A DNA stretch of 64,000 bases, taken from contig NC_087437.1 in the NCBI RefSeq assembly GCF_036321535.1, forward strand, positions 10,790,001 through 10,854,000, written 5' to 3'. The position numbers and the translations under genes were made by a program. How positions within the stretch are numbered: position 1 is the stretch's first letter; every line of letters begins with the position of its first letter. Shown one piece after another: positions 24,645-36,166 of this stretch. The DNA is from Camelus dromedarius. Lineage: Eukaryota. Under the pieces are notes generated by a model that worked only from the letters and a program-made list of their open reading frames with translations, had not been told where the DNA came from and did not search any database.

Positions 24645-26040
24645 TTATTTTTATTGAAGTATAGTCAGTTTACAATGTTATATTAGTTTCAAGTGTACAA
24701 CATAGTGGTTCAATATTTTTATAAATTATACTCCATTTAAAGTTATTATAAAATATTGGCTATATTCCCTGTGCTATATGGTATATCCTGTACCTTATTT
24801 ATTTTATACATAGTATTTTGTACCTTTTAATCCTCTTCTTCTATCTTGCCCTTCCCCTCACTCTTCTCCCCACTGGTAACCACCGGTTTGTTCTCCATAT
24901 CTGTGAGTCTGTTTTTGTTTTGTTATATTCATTTTTTAATTTTTTAGATTCCACATATTTGTCTTTCTCTGTCTGGCTTACTTCACCAAGTATAGTATTC
25001 TTTAGGTCCATCCATGTTGCTACAAATGGCAAAATTTCATTCTTTTTTATGGCTGAATAATATTTCATTATATATATATACACACATACACATATACACA
25101 CACACACACACATATACCACAACTTCTTTATCCATTCATCTGTTGATGGACACTTAAGTTGCTTCCATATCTTGGCTATTGTAAATAATGCTCTTTTAAA
25201 CAGTGGGGTGCATGTATTTTTTTGAATTAGTGTTTTCATCTTCTTCAGATACATACCCAGGAGTGGAATTGCTGAGTCATGTGGTAATTGTATTTTTAAT
25301 TTTTAAGGACCCTCCATACTGTTCTCCATAGTGACTGCACCAATGTACATTCCCACCAACAGTGTTCAAGGGTTCCCTTTTCTCCACATCCTTGCCAGTA
25401 TCTGTTATCTGTTGTCTTTTTGATGCTAGCCATTCTGACAGGTGTGAGGTGATAACTCATTGTGGTTTTGATTTGCATTTCTCTGATGATTAGTGTTGTT
25501 GAACATCTTTTTATGTGCCTGTTAGCCATCTGTATGTCTTCTTTGGAAAAAATGTCTATCAAGTCTTCCGTCCTTTTTTTAATTGGGTTGTTTGGAGTTG
25601 TGGGGTTTTTTGTTTTTTGGTTTTTTTTTGATATTGAGTTGTATGAGCTCTTTATATTTTTTGAATATTAACCCCTTACCAAACATATCATTTGCAAAAA
25701 GCTTCTCCCATTCAGTAAATTGTCTTTTCATATTGTCAGTGGTTTCCTGTGCTGTGCAAAAGCTTTTAACTTTAATTAGGTCCCATCTGTTTATTTTTGC
25801 TTTTGTTTCCCTTGCTTGAAGAAATAGATCCAAAAAAATTTTGCTAAGACTTAGGTCAAAGGGTGTACTGCCTATGTTTTCTTCTAGGAGTTTTATGGTT
25901 TCCAGTCTCACAATTAGGGCTTTAATCCATTTTGAGTTTATTTTTGTATATGGTGTTTTAAAATGTTCTATTTTTATTCCTGTATATGTAGATGTCTAGT
26001 TTTCCCAGCACCACTGACTGAAGAGCCTGTCTTTTCCCCA
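24645..26040 (-). mobile_element. 5'-truncated L1 (ORF2 C-terminus plus 3'UTR)
   Basis: Minus-strand ORFs give L1 ORF2p peptides ([49 protein letters not shown]). TSD tgctgctc(t)ccctctt at 24629-24644 and 26041-26055. Confidence 0.95.
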
Positions 26041-27974
26041 TGCTGCTCCCCTCTTAACTCAGCTTTTTTTAACTTTCCTTTTACTCAGTAAAATGTTTTT
26101 TTTAAAGGATGAAAAAAGTCCAAACTATCGTTTTGATTTATTTTTATTTTTTAAAAGCTTTACTTGTTCTTATCTCTATAACCATATGACTTTGCCTGTA
26201 GTGTCTGTTGGCCTAGTGTCACCTTGGGATATTCCATTTCACTTCATGTGCCAGGTGATGACTCTTGTTCTTCCGGTGTGCCAGGGCGGGAGTGGCCCAC
26301 AGCTCTCAAAAGGGGTATGGTGTCAGCTCTGACACTGTGCCCAACACCATGAGTAATGTTGGAGTTGGTGCCATTCTCAGCCCGTGCACATCTCCTTAAT
26401 GCCATGGCCTCTTTTTCCAGCGAAACAGTTAATTTTTTTAATTGAGTTTGGAAAATGTATTAAAATAAAGTCCTATGCTCTGTCAGTACCATTGCCAAAG
26501 CAGTATCATGCACACAGCATGATGATCTCATTCTGATGTTTTTAACATCCCTGTCCTGTATACGGATGGCAGGGTTTTTAAATGAAAACACTGGAGTTGG
26601 TCCATAGTGGAAGGTGGTTTTTATTGTTTAGCTCTTAGCTGTTGCCCTGAACTCCACTGCGTTTATGCCTGACTTCTCTAAGTCTTAGTGACACACCCTT
26701 GCCTACATCTTTTCAGCAAACCTCATGATACCCCTTGCTAGTCTCCCCAATGCCAGATAGATCATGAACACAATGGAAGTTATACTTTGCAATGTTAAAA
26801 AAGATTAAGCCAGAGGAACCAGATTATAGTGAGTTCTGAAGGTGCCAGGAAGGCTGGAGTATTGCCCGCCCTCTCACTCACTAGATACGTCAGTGCTCTC
26901 TGCGTGAAGCAAAGACGGTGCTTCTGCCCCAACTGTGCTGCAGCGTCATTGTAAACATGCAACAGGCACTGGATCCGCAAAGACTTTGAAGACTCTTGAG
27001 TATCAGTATATGGAATATTTTGAACTTAATGGTGTAATGATTTCAGTCTGCTTCAGGATCCTCCTGTATCATCTGGAGAAGTTAAATTATTCGGTGTTAT
27101 CCCCTGTCATGTATTAAATGAAGTATAAATGTGCTTCTTTATTCCCAGCACCCATAACGTACAAATTGCATGCCCTCAGGCAACCCCATCCAGCCAGACT
27201 CCCAGGGAAACTGCCGTGTTTCATGCCCACACCTTTGTTCATCTTTACTCCCATCCCTAGTGTTCCTTTACTCTTACTTGTATAAAATACAAGTCTCAGG
27301 TCTAAAGACAGCTTAAAACATGTCAGAGCCTTATACTGGATAGCAGACTCCTGAGGACCAGAGACTACGTCTGGTTAAGATAGGGGTGAAACCTGGCTAT
27401 TTGTACTGAGGTTTAAGTAAATATAATTACTGAACTAGATACACTTTATTATCCAGATTGTTTGTAATGTTTTAAAAATACATCAGAATGGATTTCTGCT
27501 TCTGGCCATGAAGAAATAACAGGAACCAGAATTACACTGTTGGCTTAAATAACTAGAAAACTAGAAATTGGGCAACAGTCAGCCCAGGACTGCCATCCCT
27601 GAAAGAAGAGGAACAAGTCAAGTGCGCCCTCCTCCCGCTGCCCCAGCTTACTGCCTGGAGGAGCTTCCAGGGCGCAGGACAGAGGGGAAGACACAGGAGA
27701 GCCCAGCTTGCTCACTGAGTTGAGGACAGAGATGGAAGTTTTAGAAGACCAAGATGGCTTGTGTTTGTGGGGCAGAGATCCAAGAAGAGGGACTGCACAG
27801 AGAGAAGGCTCCAGAGATTGAAAAGGGATCGGAATCTGAACATGTGTCAGAAGAAGCCACCTGGGGCCAGGGAAAGAGCCTCCACAAAGCAATAGACAGA
27901 GTACCTGGAGCTTACAGAAGGCTGTCTATGAGCAGAAGGACCTCATGATAAACAGGAACTCACGTAGGCCTCAT

Positions 27975-28505
27975 ATATGTGTGTGTGTGTGTGTGTGTGA
28001 ATGATATATATATGAAAGATACATATGTGTGTGTACACACACACACAATGGAGTATTCCTCAGCCATAAAAAATGAAATCTTACCATTTGCAACAACATG
28101 GGTGGATCTAGAGGGTATTATGCTAAGTGAAATAAGTCAGAAAGAGAAAGACAAATACATATGATCTCATTTGTATGTGGAATTTGAAAAGCAAAACAAT
28201 GAAAACAGACTCATAGGTAAAGAGAGTAAGCAGGTGGTTGCCAGAGGAGGTGGGGTGGATGTAAGGGGTGAAATACACGAAGGTGATCGAGAGATACAAA
28301 CCTCCAGTGATGTAATAAATAAACCACAGGGTATAATAATAGAGCATAAAGAATATGGTCAGTAATGTTGTGATAACTTTGTATGGCAGCAGATGGTTAC
28401 TAGATTTACCATGGTGGTCATTTCATAATGTATGCAAGTGTCAAATCACTATGTGGTACACCTGAAACTAACATAATATTCTACATCAACTGTATTTCAA
28501 TTTTT
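27975..28505 (+). mobile_element. L1 3' end nested in the older L1
   Basis: ORF remnant MEYSSAIKNEILPFATTWVDLEGIMLSEISQKEKDKY, then a 3'UTR ending gtacacctgaaactaacataat...tttcaatt. Confidence 0.88.
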
Positions 28506-29636
28506 GAAAAGATTACCATCATGCAAAGAAGCAGGGAAACATGACATACGATAAGGAGCATAACCACTCACTTGAAACTGACCCAGAACTGATATAGATG
28601 TTAGAGTTAGACTAAATAGTGGTTGTTTTCCCAAATTTGATGAGAACTTTAAACACACATATCCAAGGAGCTTGATGAACCCCGAGCAAAAAAAAAAAAA
28701 AATGAAGAAAACCACACTCAGTCAGGCACATCATATCAAATTGCTGAAGAGTGATAAAGAGAAATTATTAAAATCAGCCCCCTAAAAAAAGTCATATTAT
28801 TTCAGGGAAGCAAAGATAAGAATGACAGCAAACGTCTGTTCAGAAACTGTGCAACCCAGAAGACAGTTGAACTATGTTTTTAAAGTACTGAAGGAAAAAC
28901 TGTCAACCTAGAATTCTATACCCAGTGAAAATATATTTCAAAACATATCTTTTCAATAAAACATACGAAAGCTTATGAACATCCTAAAGTAAAATTTGGA
29001 ATTGGAGAAAGGCCTTTATAAGCAAGATTAAAAACCCAAAAGGCATAAAGAAAAATAGATGAGCGGATTTGACTACGTAAAATGTTTTAATTCCATATGG
29101 TAAAAATACCATAAATTGTTGACAGATAGTGATCTTGCAGCATATATAAAGCATACATAGTGGGCAGAGAGTTACTATCCCTAATACAGGAAGAACTATA
29201 AATCAACAAGTGAAGAACCAACATTCAGTAAGCAAGGCTGGGAAATGACCTAAGCAAACAGTTTGCAGAACAACTACATATGACCAAGAAACAGAAAAAA
29301 ATGTTCAAGCTCCAGTAAATACTAAAATGAGATTTCTCTTTTTAATCACTAGATCGACAAAGATAAAAAGATTAATAACACCCTATATGGGGAGTGTATA
29401 GGGAAAGACACATTTATGCATTGTTTGTTGGAATGTAGATTGTTGGGTTGTTTTTCTTTTTTTGAGGACAAATTGGAGGTACCTGTCAAAATATAAAATG
29501 CACATAACCTCTGACCAGCAGTCTCACTTCTATGAATCTGTCCTGAATAAATACTCAGCTGTGCCCATGGATAAACACACAAGGGCTAATACTCCACAGC
29601 ATGATTTATAATAGCAAAAAACTGGGAAACTTCTTA

Positions 29637-29722
29637 TTTATTTTTAGTGGAGGTACTGGGGATTGAACCTGGGACCTTGTGCATGCTAAGCATGTGCTCT
29701 ACCACTGAGCTGTACCCTCCCC
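29637..29722 (-). mobile_element. vic-1-like SINE, short form, inserted in an old L1
   Basis: Reverse complement ggggagggtacagctcagtggtagagcacatgcttagcatgcacaaggtcccaggttcaatccccagtacctcc. TSD approximately gg(g/a)aaacttctta at 29622-29636 and 29725-29739. Confidence 0.88.
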
Positions 29723-31436
29723 TCTTGGAAAACTTCTTAATGTTCATCCTTACGGAATGGTTAAATAGATGATAATGCAGTCATGAAAAAGGAAAGTCCA
29801 CAATATTATGTAATTTGATCTATTAAAAAAACTGGCCTTACACACTCATAAATACCCTCACACAGTGTATTTAACTATAAATGCATAGAAGAAAGGAGGA
29901 AACATGGATACCAAACTATTAAAAAGCAGATACTCTTTGGGAAGTTAGAATTTGAAGGTGTGAGGTAGGAGAGGAGGATCTTCATGATTTACTTTTACAT
30001 TTGTTTTATTGTTTGAATTTTTAAGAATTAGTAAATAACTTAAAATTTCGTATAACTAAAATTTTTAACATATCGGTAAATTAAAATGAGAAAAGCTAAA
30101 GTTAAAATGTAGTTGATAAAAAGGCAACCTTGTAAGTTAGTTTCTGAAACATTATTATAGTTTTTAATTAATATTTTCAAATTTATTCAGCTCTCTTCTT
30201 CTTGAAATGTTAATGCTTTAGAATTGACTAGTTGCCATTTACTTAATTAGAACCAAAATTTTACTTGTTAAACTGGTCAGAAATTTGTGCCGGCTGTAGT
30301 AGAAATGTGCAAATAACTGCATTACTCAGACTTGCAGCGAGTTATGGTCAGTTTGTAAACATTCTCTGCAGCCTTCATAGTTGTAAAGCATTAGTCTCTT
30401 TCTCTTCACTCCAGTCACCGATGATTCATTCTTAAAGTTACAAAATCTCCTTCTTTGTCTTGAGGAATTGATTTCTTTTTTATGAATAATTACTAATGGG
30501 TATATTTACTGCTTACTTCTACTATGTTAAATTTACAGAGATTTAGAAACTCAGTAGGAAATAAAAATAATAACACATTTCAGAATTAAAGGAAAATTAA
30601 TTTCCACTTTCTTCAAGGGGTTTCGGTCAAGAAGTGTTCCTTAGCTCTTCTCGGCCGGCAGCAATGTGGTGACTCCCCGAGGCACCCACTTGGAACTGGC
30701 AAGTGTAGGAGCAACAGGCATCATCTTCCATCTTCTGGGCATCAGGAAAAATGTAATCTCTTGTCCCTCTTGTGGTCTTCTTAATAGATAATTAGAATGC
30801 TTTTACGGAAGTTTTCATTTTTACTTTAAAAATGTACATTACATGTTTATTTTAATATATCATCCCAATGACATACACTGCATAGTAGTAATCAATCAGA
30901 AGACAGGATGAAAAATGTAACACCAAGAGGGAAAGTCTTAAATGGCTATGTTTTCTCCTTGAGTGTTCTCTAGTCTAACGTTCTTTAAATAGCTGTAGAG
31001 GCGGTAGGTGTTATGCCATGTAAGCAGTGATACATTTACCCCATGCTGTCATCTCACCCCCTGAAATCTATTTACTGCGTAGATTTTCTATTTGTGGCCC
31101 AAGAGAGAAAATTTAGATCTAATTTCCTGTCTTAATTATGTATCCACATGACCAAAGTTGGGTTTTCACCAGCCACTGTTTGATGATTTCACCTCCGGTG
31201 AAAATGAATGTTTTTATGGTGGGAAAAAACTTAGACCAAGGTCTTAGTTAATCTTGCTGGGTACCGAGGCCTGAAGGCTGTGTGTGGTGCAGTGTCTGAA
31301 CCAAAGCTGATCCTCAGGCATCTCCTGGGGGGCCCTGCTCACTCTCAGGAGCGTCACTGAAATTGAAGGGGAAAAAACATCCTTGAAATTGTCCCTGGGG
31401 AATCCCTGACACAAACCCATCAAGATTCACCATCCA

Positions 31437-31540
31437 AGACAATGTGAACGTACTTAATGCCACTGAATTGCACACTTGGAAATGGGTAAAATGGTAAATT
31501 TTCCATTATGTATATTTTATCACAATGAAACAATTTTTAA
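31437..31540 (+). mobile_element. Short L1MB-type 3' tail
   Basis: caatgtgaacgtacttaatgccactgaattgcacactt...aaaatggtaaatttt, flanked by aagattcaccatcca / aagaatcacaccatcca. Confidence 0.75.
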
Positions 31541-31878
31541 AGAATCACACCATCCACTTTCTAAAAGCAGTTCCCTAGAGACCCCAGACCCCAGCATACC
31601 CTAAAGGTTAACCTGTCAAGTGACAGTTTGACTCAGGTTTGGGAAAGACAGGAAAGGAATGTTGAGACGCCCTTTCTGCCGCTTCAGCTGAAATGGAATG
31701 AATCCCACAGCACTAACACCAGGCGGCAGTGAGGGGACTAGTGGCTGTTGACTTTTCTTCTGCTGGGTTTGCTGATGGTAATGACAGTAGGAGGGGTAGG
31801 GACAACAGCCCGCAGCAGCTGCCCGGTTTTGAACCTACTGAGTCCCAGGCACCATATTTAGGGCTGTTCGTTCGTTAT

Positions 31879-33171
31879 CTTTTTTTTTTTTTAAGTTTCA
31901 TTTTTCTAAATCTGTTTTTTATTTTTATACAAATTTTAAAGATTACTTTCCATTAACATTTATTACAAAATATTGGCTGTATTACCCATGTAGTACAATA
32001 GATCCTTCACCTGTCTTACACCCAATAGTTTGTGCCTCCCACTTGCCCCCACCCCTACGTTGTCCCCCTGCCCACTGGTGACCACTAGTTTGTTCTCTGT
32101 ATCTATGAGTCTTCTTTTTTCAGTTATATTTCCTAGTTTGTTGTATTTTCTAGATTTCACATATAAGTGATATCATACAGCATGTCTTTCTCTGACTTAC
32201 TTCACTTAGCATAATGCCCTCCGAGCCTATTCATGTTGCTGCAGATGGCAAAATTTTGTTCTTTTTCATGGCTGAGTAGTATTCCATTGTGGAATAAATA
32301 TGTGTGTGTGTGTGTGTGTATACACACACACACACACACACACCCCACATCTTCTTTATCCATTCATCTGTTGATGGACACTAGAACATTCTTTGATACC
32401 ATATACAAAATTAAACTCAAAATGGACTAAAGACCTAAATGTAAGACTGGATGCTATAAAACTCCTAGAAGAAAACAGAGGCACAACACTCTTTGGCATA
32501 AATCACAGCAGTTTGGTTGGGGGTGGGAGGTGGGATCTATCCCCTAAAGTAAACAAAATAAAAGCAAAAATAAACAAATGGGATGGAATTAAACTGAAAA
32601 GCTTTCACACAGAAAGGAAACCATCGATGAAAGAAAAAAAGACAACCTACTAAATGGGAGAAAATATTTCCAAATGATATGACTAATAAGGGATTAATAT
32701 CCAGCATATATAAACAGCACATACAACTCAACATCCAAAAAACGTGATTTAAAAATGGGCAGAAGAACTAAATAAACATTTTTCCAAAGAGGAAATGCAG
32801 ATGACCAACAGGCACATGAAAAGATGCTTAGCATCACTAATTGTTGGAGAAATTCAAATCAAAACCACAATGAGAAAACCTCACACCTGTCAGAGCGTCC
32901 GTCATCAAAAAGACCATGAATAACAGACAGTGACAAGGATGTGGAGAAAAGGGAACCCTCCTACACTGTTGATGGGAATGTAAGTTGGTGCAGCCACTAC
33001 AGAAAACTGTATGGAGGTTTCTCAAAACACTAAAAATAGAACTACCATATGACCCAGCAATTCCACTCCTGGATATATAACCAAAAACACCAATTTGAAA
33101 AGATACATGCACCCCAATGTTCATAGCAGCATTATTTACAGTAGCCAAGATATGGAAGCAACCTGAGTGTC
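31879..33171 (-). mobile_element. L1 with 5' inversion (antisense 31879-32382, sense 32383-33171), inserted in a MIR
   Basis: Sense part encodes PYTKLNSKWTKDLNVRLDAIKLLEEN... and ends at cctgagtgtc; antisense part ends at the complementary gatggacact. The MIR resumes at about 33172-33340. Confidence 0.9.
32301..32343. repeat. Compound (TG)n-TA-(CA)n microsatellite inside L1
   Basis: tgtgtgtgtgtgtgtgtgtatacacacacacacacacacac. Confidence 0.92.
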
Positions 33172-35014
33172 ATTCTCTCATCTAACCCTCTTATCCATTC
33201 TCTGGGGTGTTCACTAATGGTATCTGCTATTTGCAGGTGAAGAAGCAGGTTCAGAGAATTAAGGTGATTTGTCCATGGATGGGTCAGAACTGGGGTTTAC
33301 ATTCAAGGGGTTTGGCTCCAGAGCCCGTGCTCCTCACAGCTGGTCATAGTCCAAGAGGGAGCTCCTGTGCACGGATATTGGTGCCTTAAGCTCAGTCACT
33401 TGGTTGTCCAACAGACATTTACCAAGCTCTGGTTCAGGCCCAAGGCCAGGAAGGTGGGAATAGTTAAAATACTCAGGTTAAAGTCCCTGCTCTTGAGGAC
33501 ATTAAAGTGCAAGAGTTTGATAGTAACTGAATTATCACTGAAATCCAGAAGCTGGGGCCAGAACTTGTGTTCGCCTTGAAGACCACATTGACCAGTGATG
33601 GAACCCTCTGCCTTAGGCTGTCCTGCAGTAGAAGCCACTTGCCGCCAATACAGCCCCAAGGCTGGGGTACAAGGTGCCCTTTTAGGGAGCCCAGAATGCT
33701 TTTACCAGCGTTTCTGCAGTGTCTACCCCTTAGGCGGGGAAGGACACGCACAGCGCAGCTAATTGAGGGGTGGTGGAGGTGTGGGAGAGGGGGAGGGATG
33801 GCAGTAACTCAGCCCTTTTCAGTCATCAGCTTCCCTTAGCAGGTGGGTCCTTAATAGTCAAATGCATTAGACCGAGCTGGAACTTGTGCAGCTCATTCAG
33901 CACCCTTCCATCTGCCCCAAATAAGGGGGCTTGTCTCCTCAAACCCACCCTGTCCAGAGGGCCCCCTCGATCCATACAAACAGCGTGAAGAGGAAGAGGG
34001 GAGCTCTGTGTGAGCAAGATGCCAGAAGCTGGTTTAAGACAAATCTCCCTCAAACATGACATTGTTATTAACTGATGTATTCATCACAGGCCCCTAGCAG
34101 CACCCCGACATGCGCGTTATAAAAGGGGCACATCACACATCTCCAGGAGCACTGTTTTCACTGTGGGCTTAGGATTGGCAGTTCAGAGTGAGGCAGAAGC
34201 TACCTGCAGTCCTGAAGTGCCTGAGGACCTGCATACAGACGGGAGTGATGTGTGAATGCTCTCTGCACAAGTTCTGTGTAGCATCCACTTTTTCCTCAGT
34301 AGTACCTCTGCCAGTACTGGCATCTGGTGTTTCCGAGGTTCCCACATCTTTTCCAGGGTCCCTCTAGCTGCAGGGTGTCTTCCCTTGGCATTGTAACAGC
34401 ATTCTGCTAGTCTTGTCTGTGAACCGATGTCCGGGGGAAAGCAATCTCTTCGAATCATTCTTCATCTACCCCCCTCTTGTAACAGTATTCTATTTACATC
34501 CTCCCCTTCACACAAACCATTCTCACAGATTTCTGAATGTAAAATAATTTTCCTCTTCGCTTTTAGTCTTTTAAAATTGGCCTATTAACAAATAGCCATT
34601 GCAGTTATTATTAATTACTCTTAATTGTAGAGATTCCTCAGACACTCCGTTCAACAGGTAATTATTTTTAGTGTCAGAAGTTGGAAGGAACCATGCTAGG
34701 CACTGCGGGGGAGCTGCAATCACTAATACCACCACAGGAATACTCTCCTGACCTCTCAGGATACAACAGAGGGCAGATCACAAATACGGGAGGTACAGAA
34801 ATAGTACGCTGCCTCATTGGAGTTGGAGAGGGTGTGGCTGAAAAGGAAGGGGGGCGTCTGGGGGAGGACTATCCTACAGGAGTATAGGACATGGAAGTGT
34901 GGGGACGAGGGTGTGAGAAGGCTGGAGGACTGGGGGGCTTGCTTGTCAGGAAAGGATAATGGAGACATGAACCATGGCCTGCCCTAGGCACCGGAAAAGC
35001 AGCCTCTAAGGGTG

Positions 35015-35257
35015 TGCTGTGAACAGAGCTGTGTCCCCCCAAAACTCACACACGGAAGCCCCGACCCTCATGGGACTGTTTGGAGTTGGGGCCAATAAGG
35101 GGGTAATTCAAGTGAGATGAGGTCGTAAGGGTGGAGCCCTGATCTAATGGATTAGCATCCTTGTAAGAAGAGACAGCAGAGAGCTCGCTCTTTCTTTCTC
35201 TGCCCTGGGAGGATGCAGGGGGAGGTGGCTGCCTGTTTACCAGCCAGGAGGAGAATC
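35015..35257 (+). mobile_element. MaLR LTR (MLT1-like) 5' portion
   Basis: tgtgtccccccaaaactca...gatgaggtcgtaagggtggagccctgatctaatgggattagcatccttgtaagaagag. Confidence 0.8.
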
Positions 35258-36008
35258 CGTTGAGTTAGAATGTTGGTATAAACACTCCACATCAGGTACA
35301 AGTCCCAGGGGACCGCGGTGTTAACCAGACGCCAATTCCCCCAGTTTACTTGAGACACAACACTATCCACTGGCCTCAAAGGAGGATCTGGGGTTTGTTT
35401 TATTTCAGATCTTAGGCGGAAGGGCAGGACGTGGCCTCCCTCCTCCTGTCACTTACTCCTCACAGGACGCCAGCATTGGGGAGGGCTCGTGGTGAACACC
35501 TGTTTAACTGAACTCAGATGTCACTGTTATCCAGGCACAAGGTCACGATGGCCTGAACAGGGAAGGTCACCAAGGAGAGGTTTTGGGTTCGGAATCCCTG
35601 CTTTTCCAGGGACTCCATCATTGGGCCAGTAGCACCGAGACCGCAGCCCCCGTGTGGGCGTTCCCCCTCCGCAGCGCACTGTCTGCACAACCAGGAATTC
35701 AGGTCCTCTTCCTTATGACTAGGGTCTGGATCACTGTATCTTATTCTATAAGAACTTTTTTTTACAAATTGTACTTTTGTGCTTTTAAGAATATAAGGTT
35801 TTGTGGCATCTCCATTCGCTGACCGCATCTCTCCATCGGTTTTCACCACATGAAGGCGAGCGTAGTACGAAGTGCTCTTCAACTACCACTCAAGGCTTTG
35901 AACATGCAGCTGTGGCCATAAATCATCCAGAAAAACACTGCCCTTGAGGCTGACTAAAATTCTAGAAGCCTGCTTTCCTCTATTTCTTGCTATTTTCAGC
36001 CATTTCAG

Positions 36009-36166
36009 GTTTTTTGTTTGTTTGTTTTTTGTTTTGTTTTTACTTTTGGGGGGGGTGGTATTAGATTTATTTATTTATTTCTAGAGGAGGTTCTGGGGAT
36101 TGAACCCAGGACCTCGTGCATGCTGAGCGTGCGCTCTACCACAGGAGGAGGAGCTACACCCTCCTC
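36009..36166 (-). mobile_element. vic-1-like SINE, long form
   Basis: gaggttctggggattgaacccaggacctcgtgcatgctgagcgtgcgctctaccac on the + strand, preceded by a T-rich tail. Confidence 0.85.

Larger units (their letters stand above)
27490..30060 (+). mobile_element. Old, internally deleted L1M (5'UTR, ORF1 and ORF2 remnants) with nested younger insertions
   Basis: 5'UTR-like 27490-27960; ORF1-like aaagtactgaaggaaaaactgtcaacctagaattctatacccagtgaaaatat near 28880; degraded ORF2/3' end to about 30060. Confidence 0.65.

Noticed and set aside
24841..25911. L1 ORF2-like ORFs here and at 42973-44180 as active retrotransposon genes
   Set aside because: 5'-truncated, frameshifted and stop-interrupted; no intact ORF1 or ORF2.
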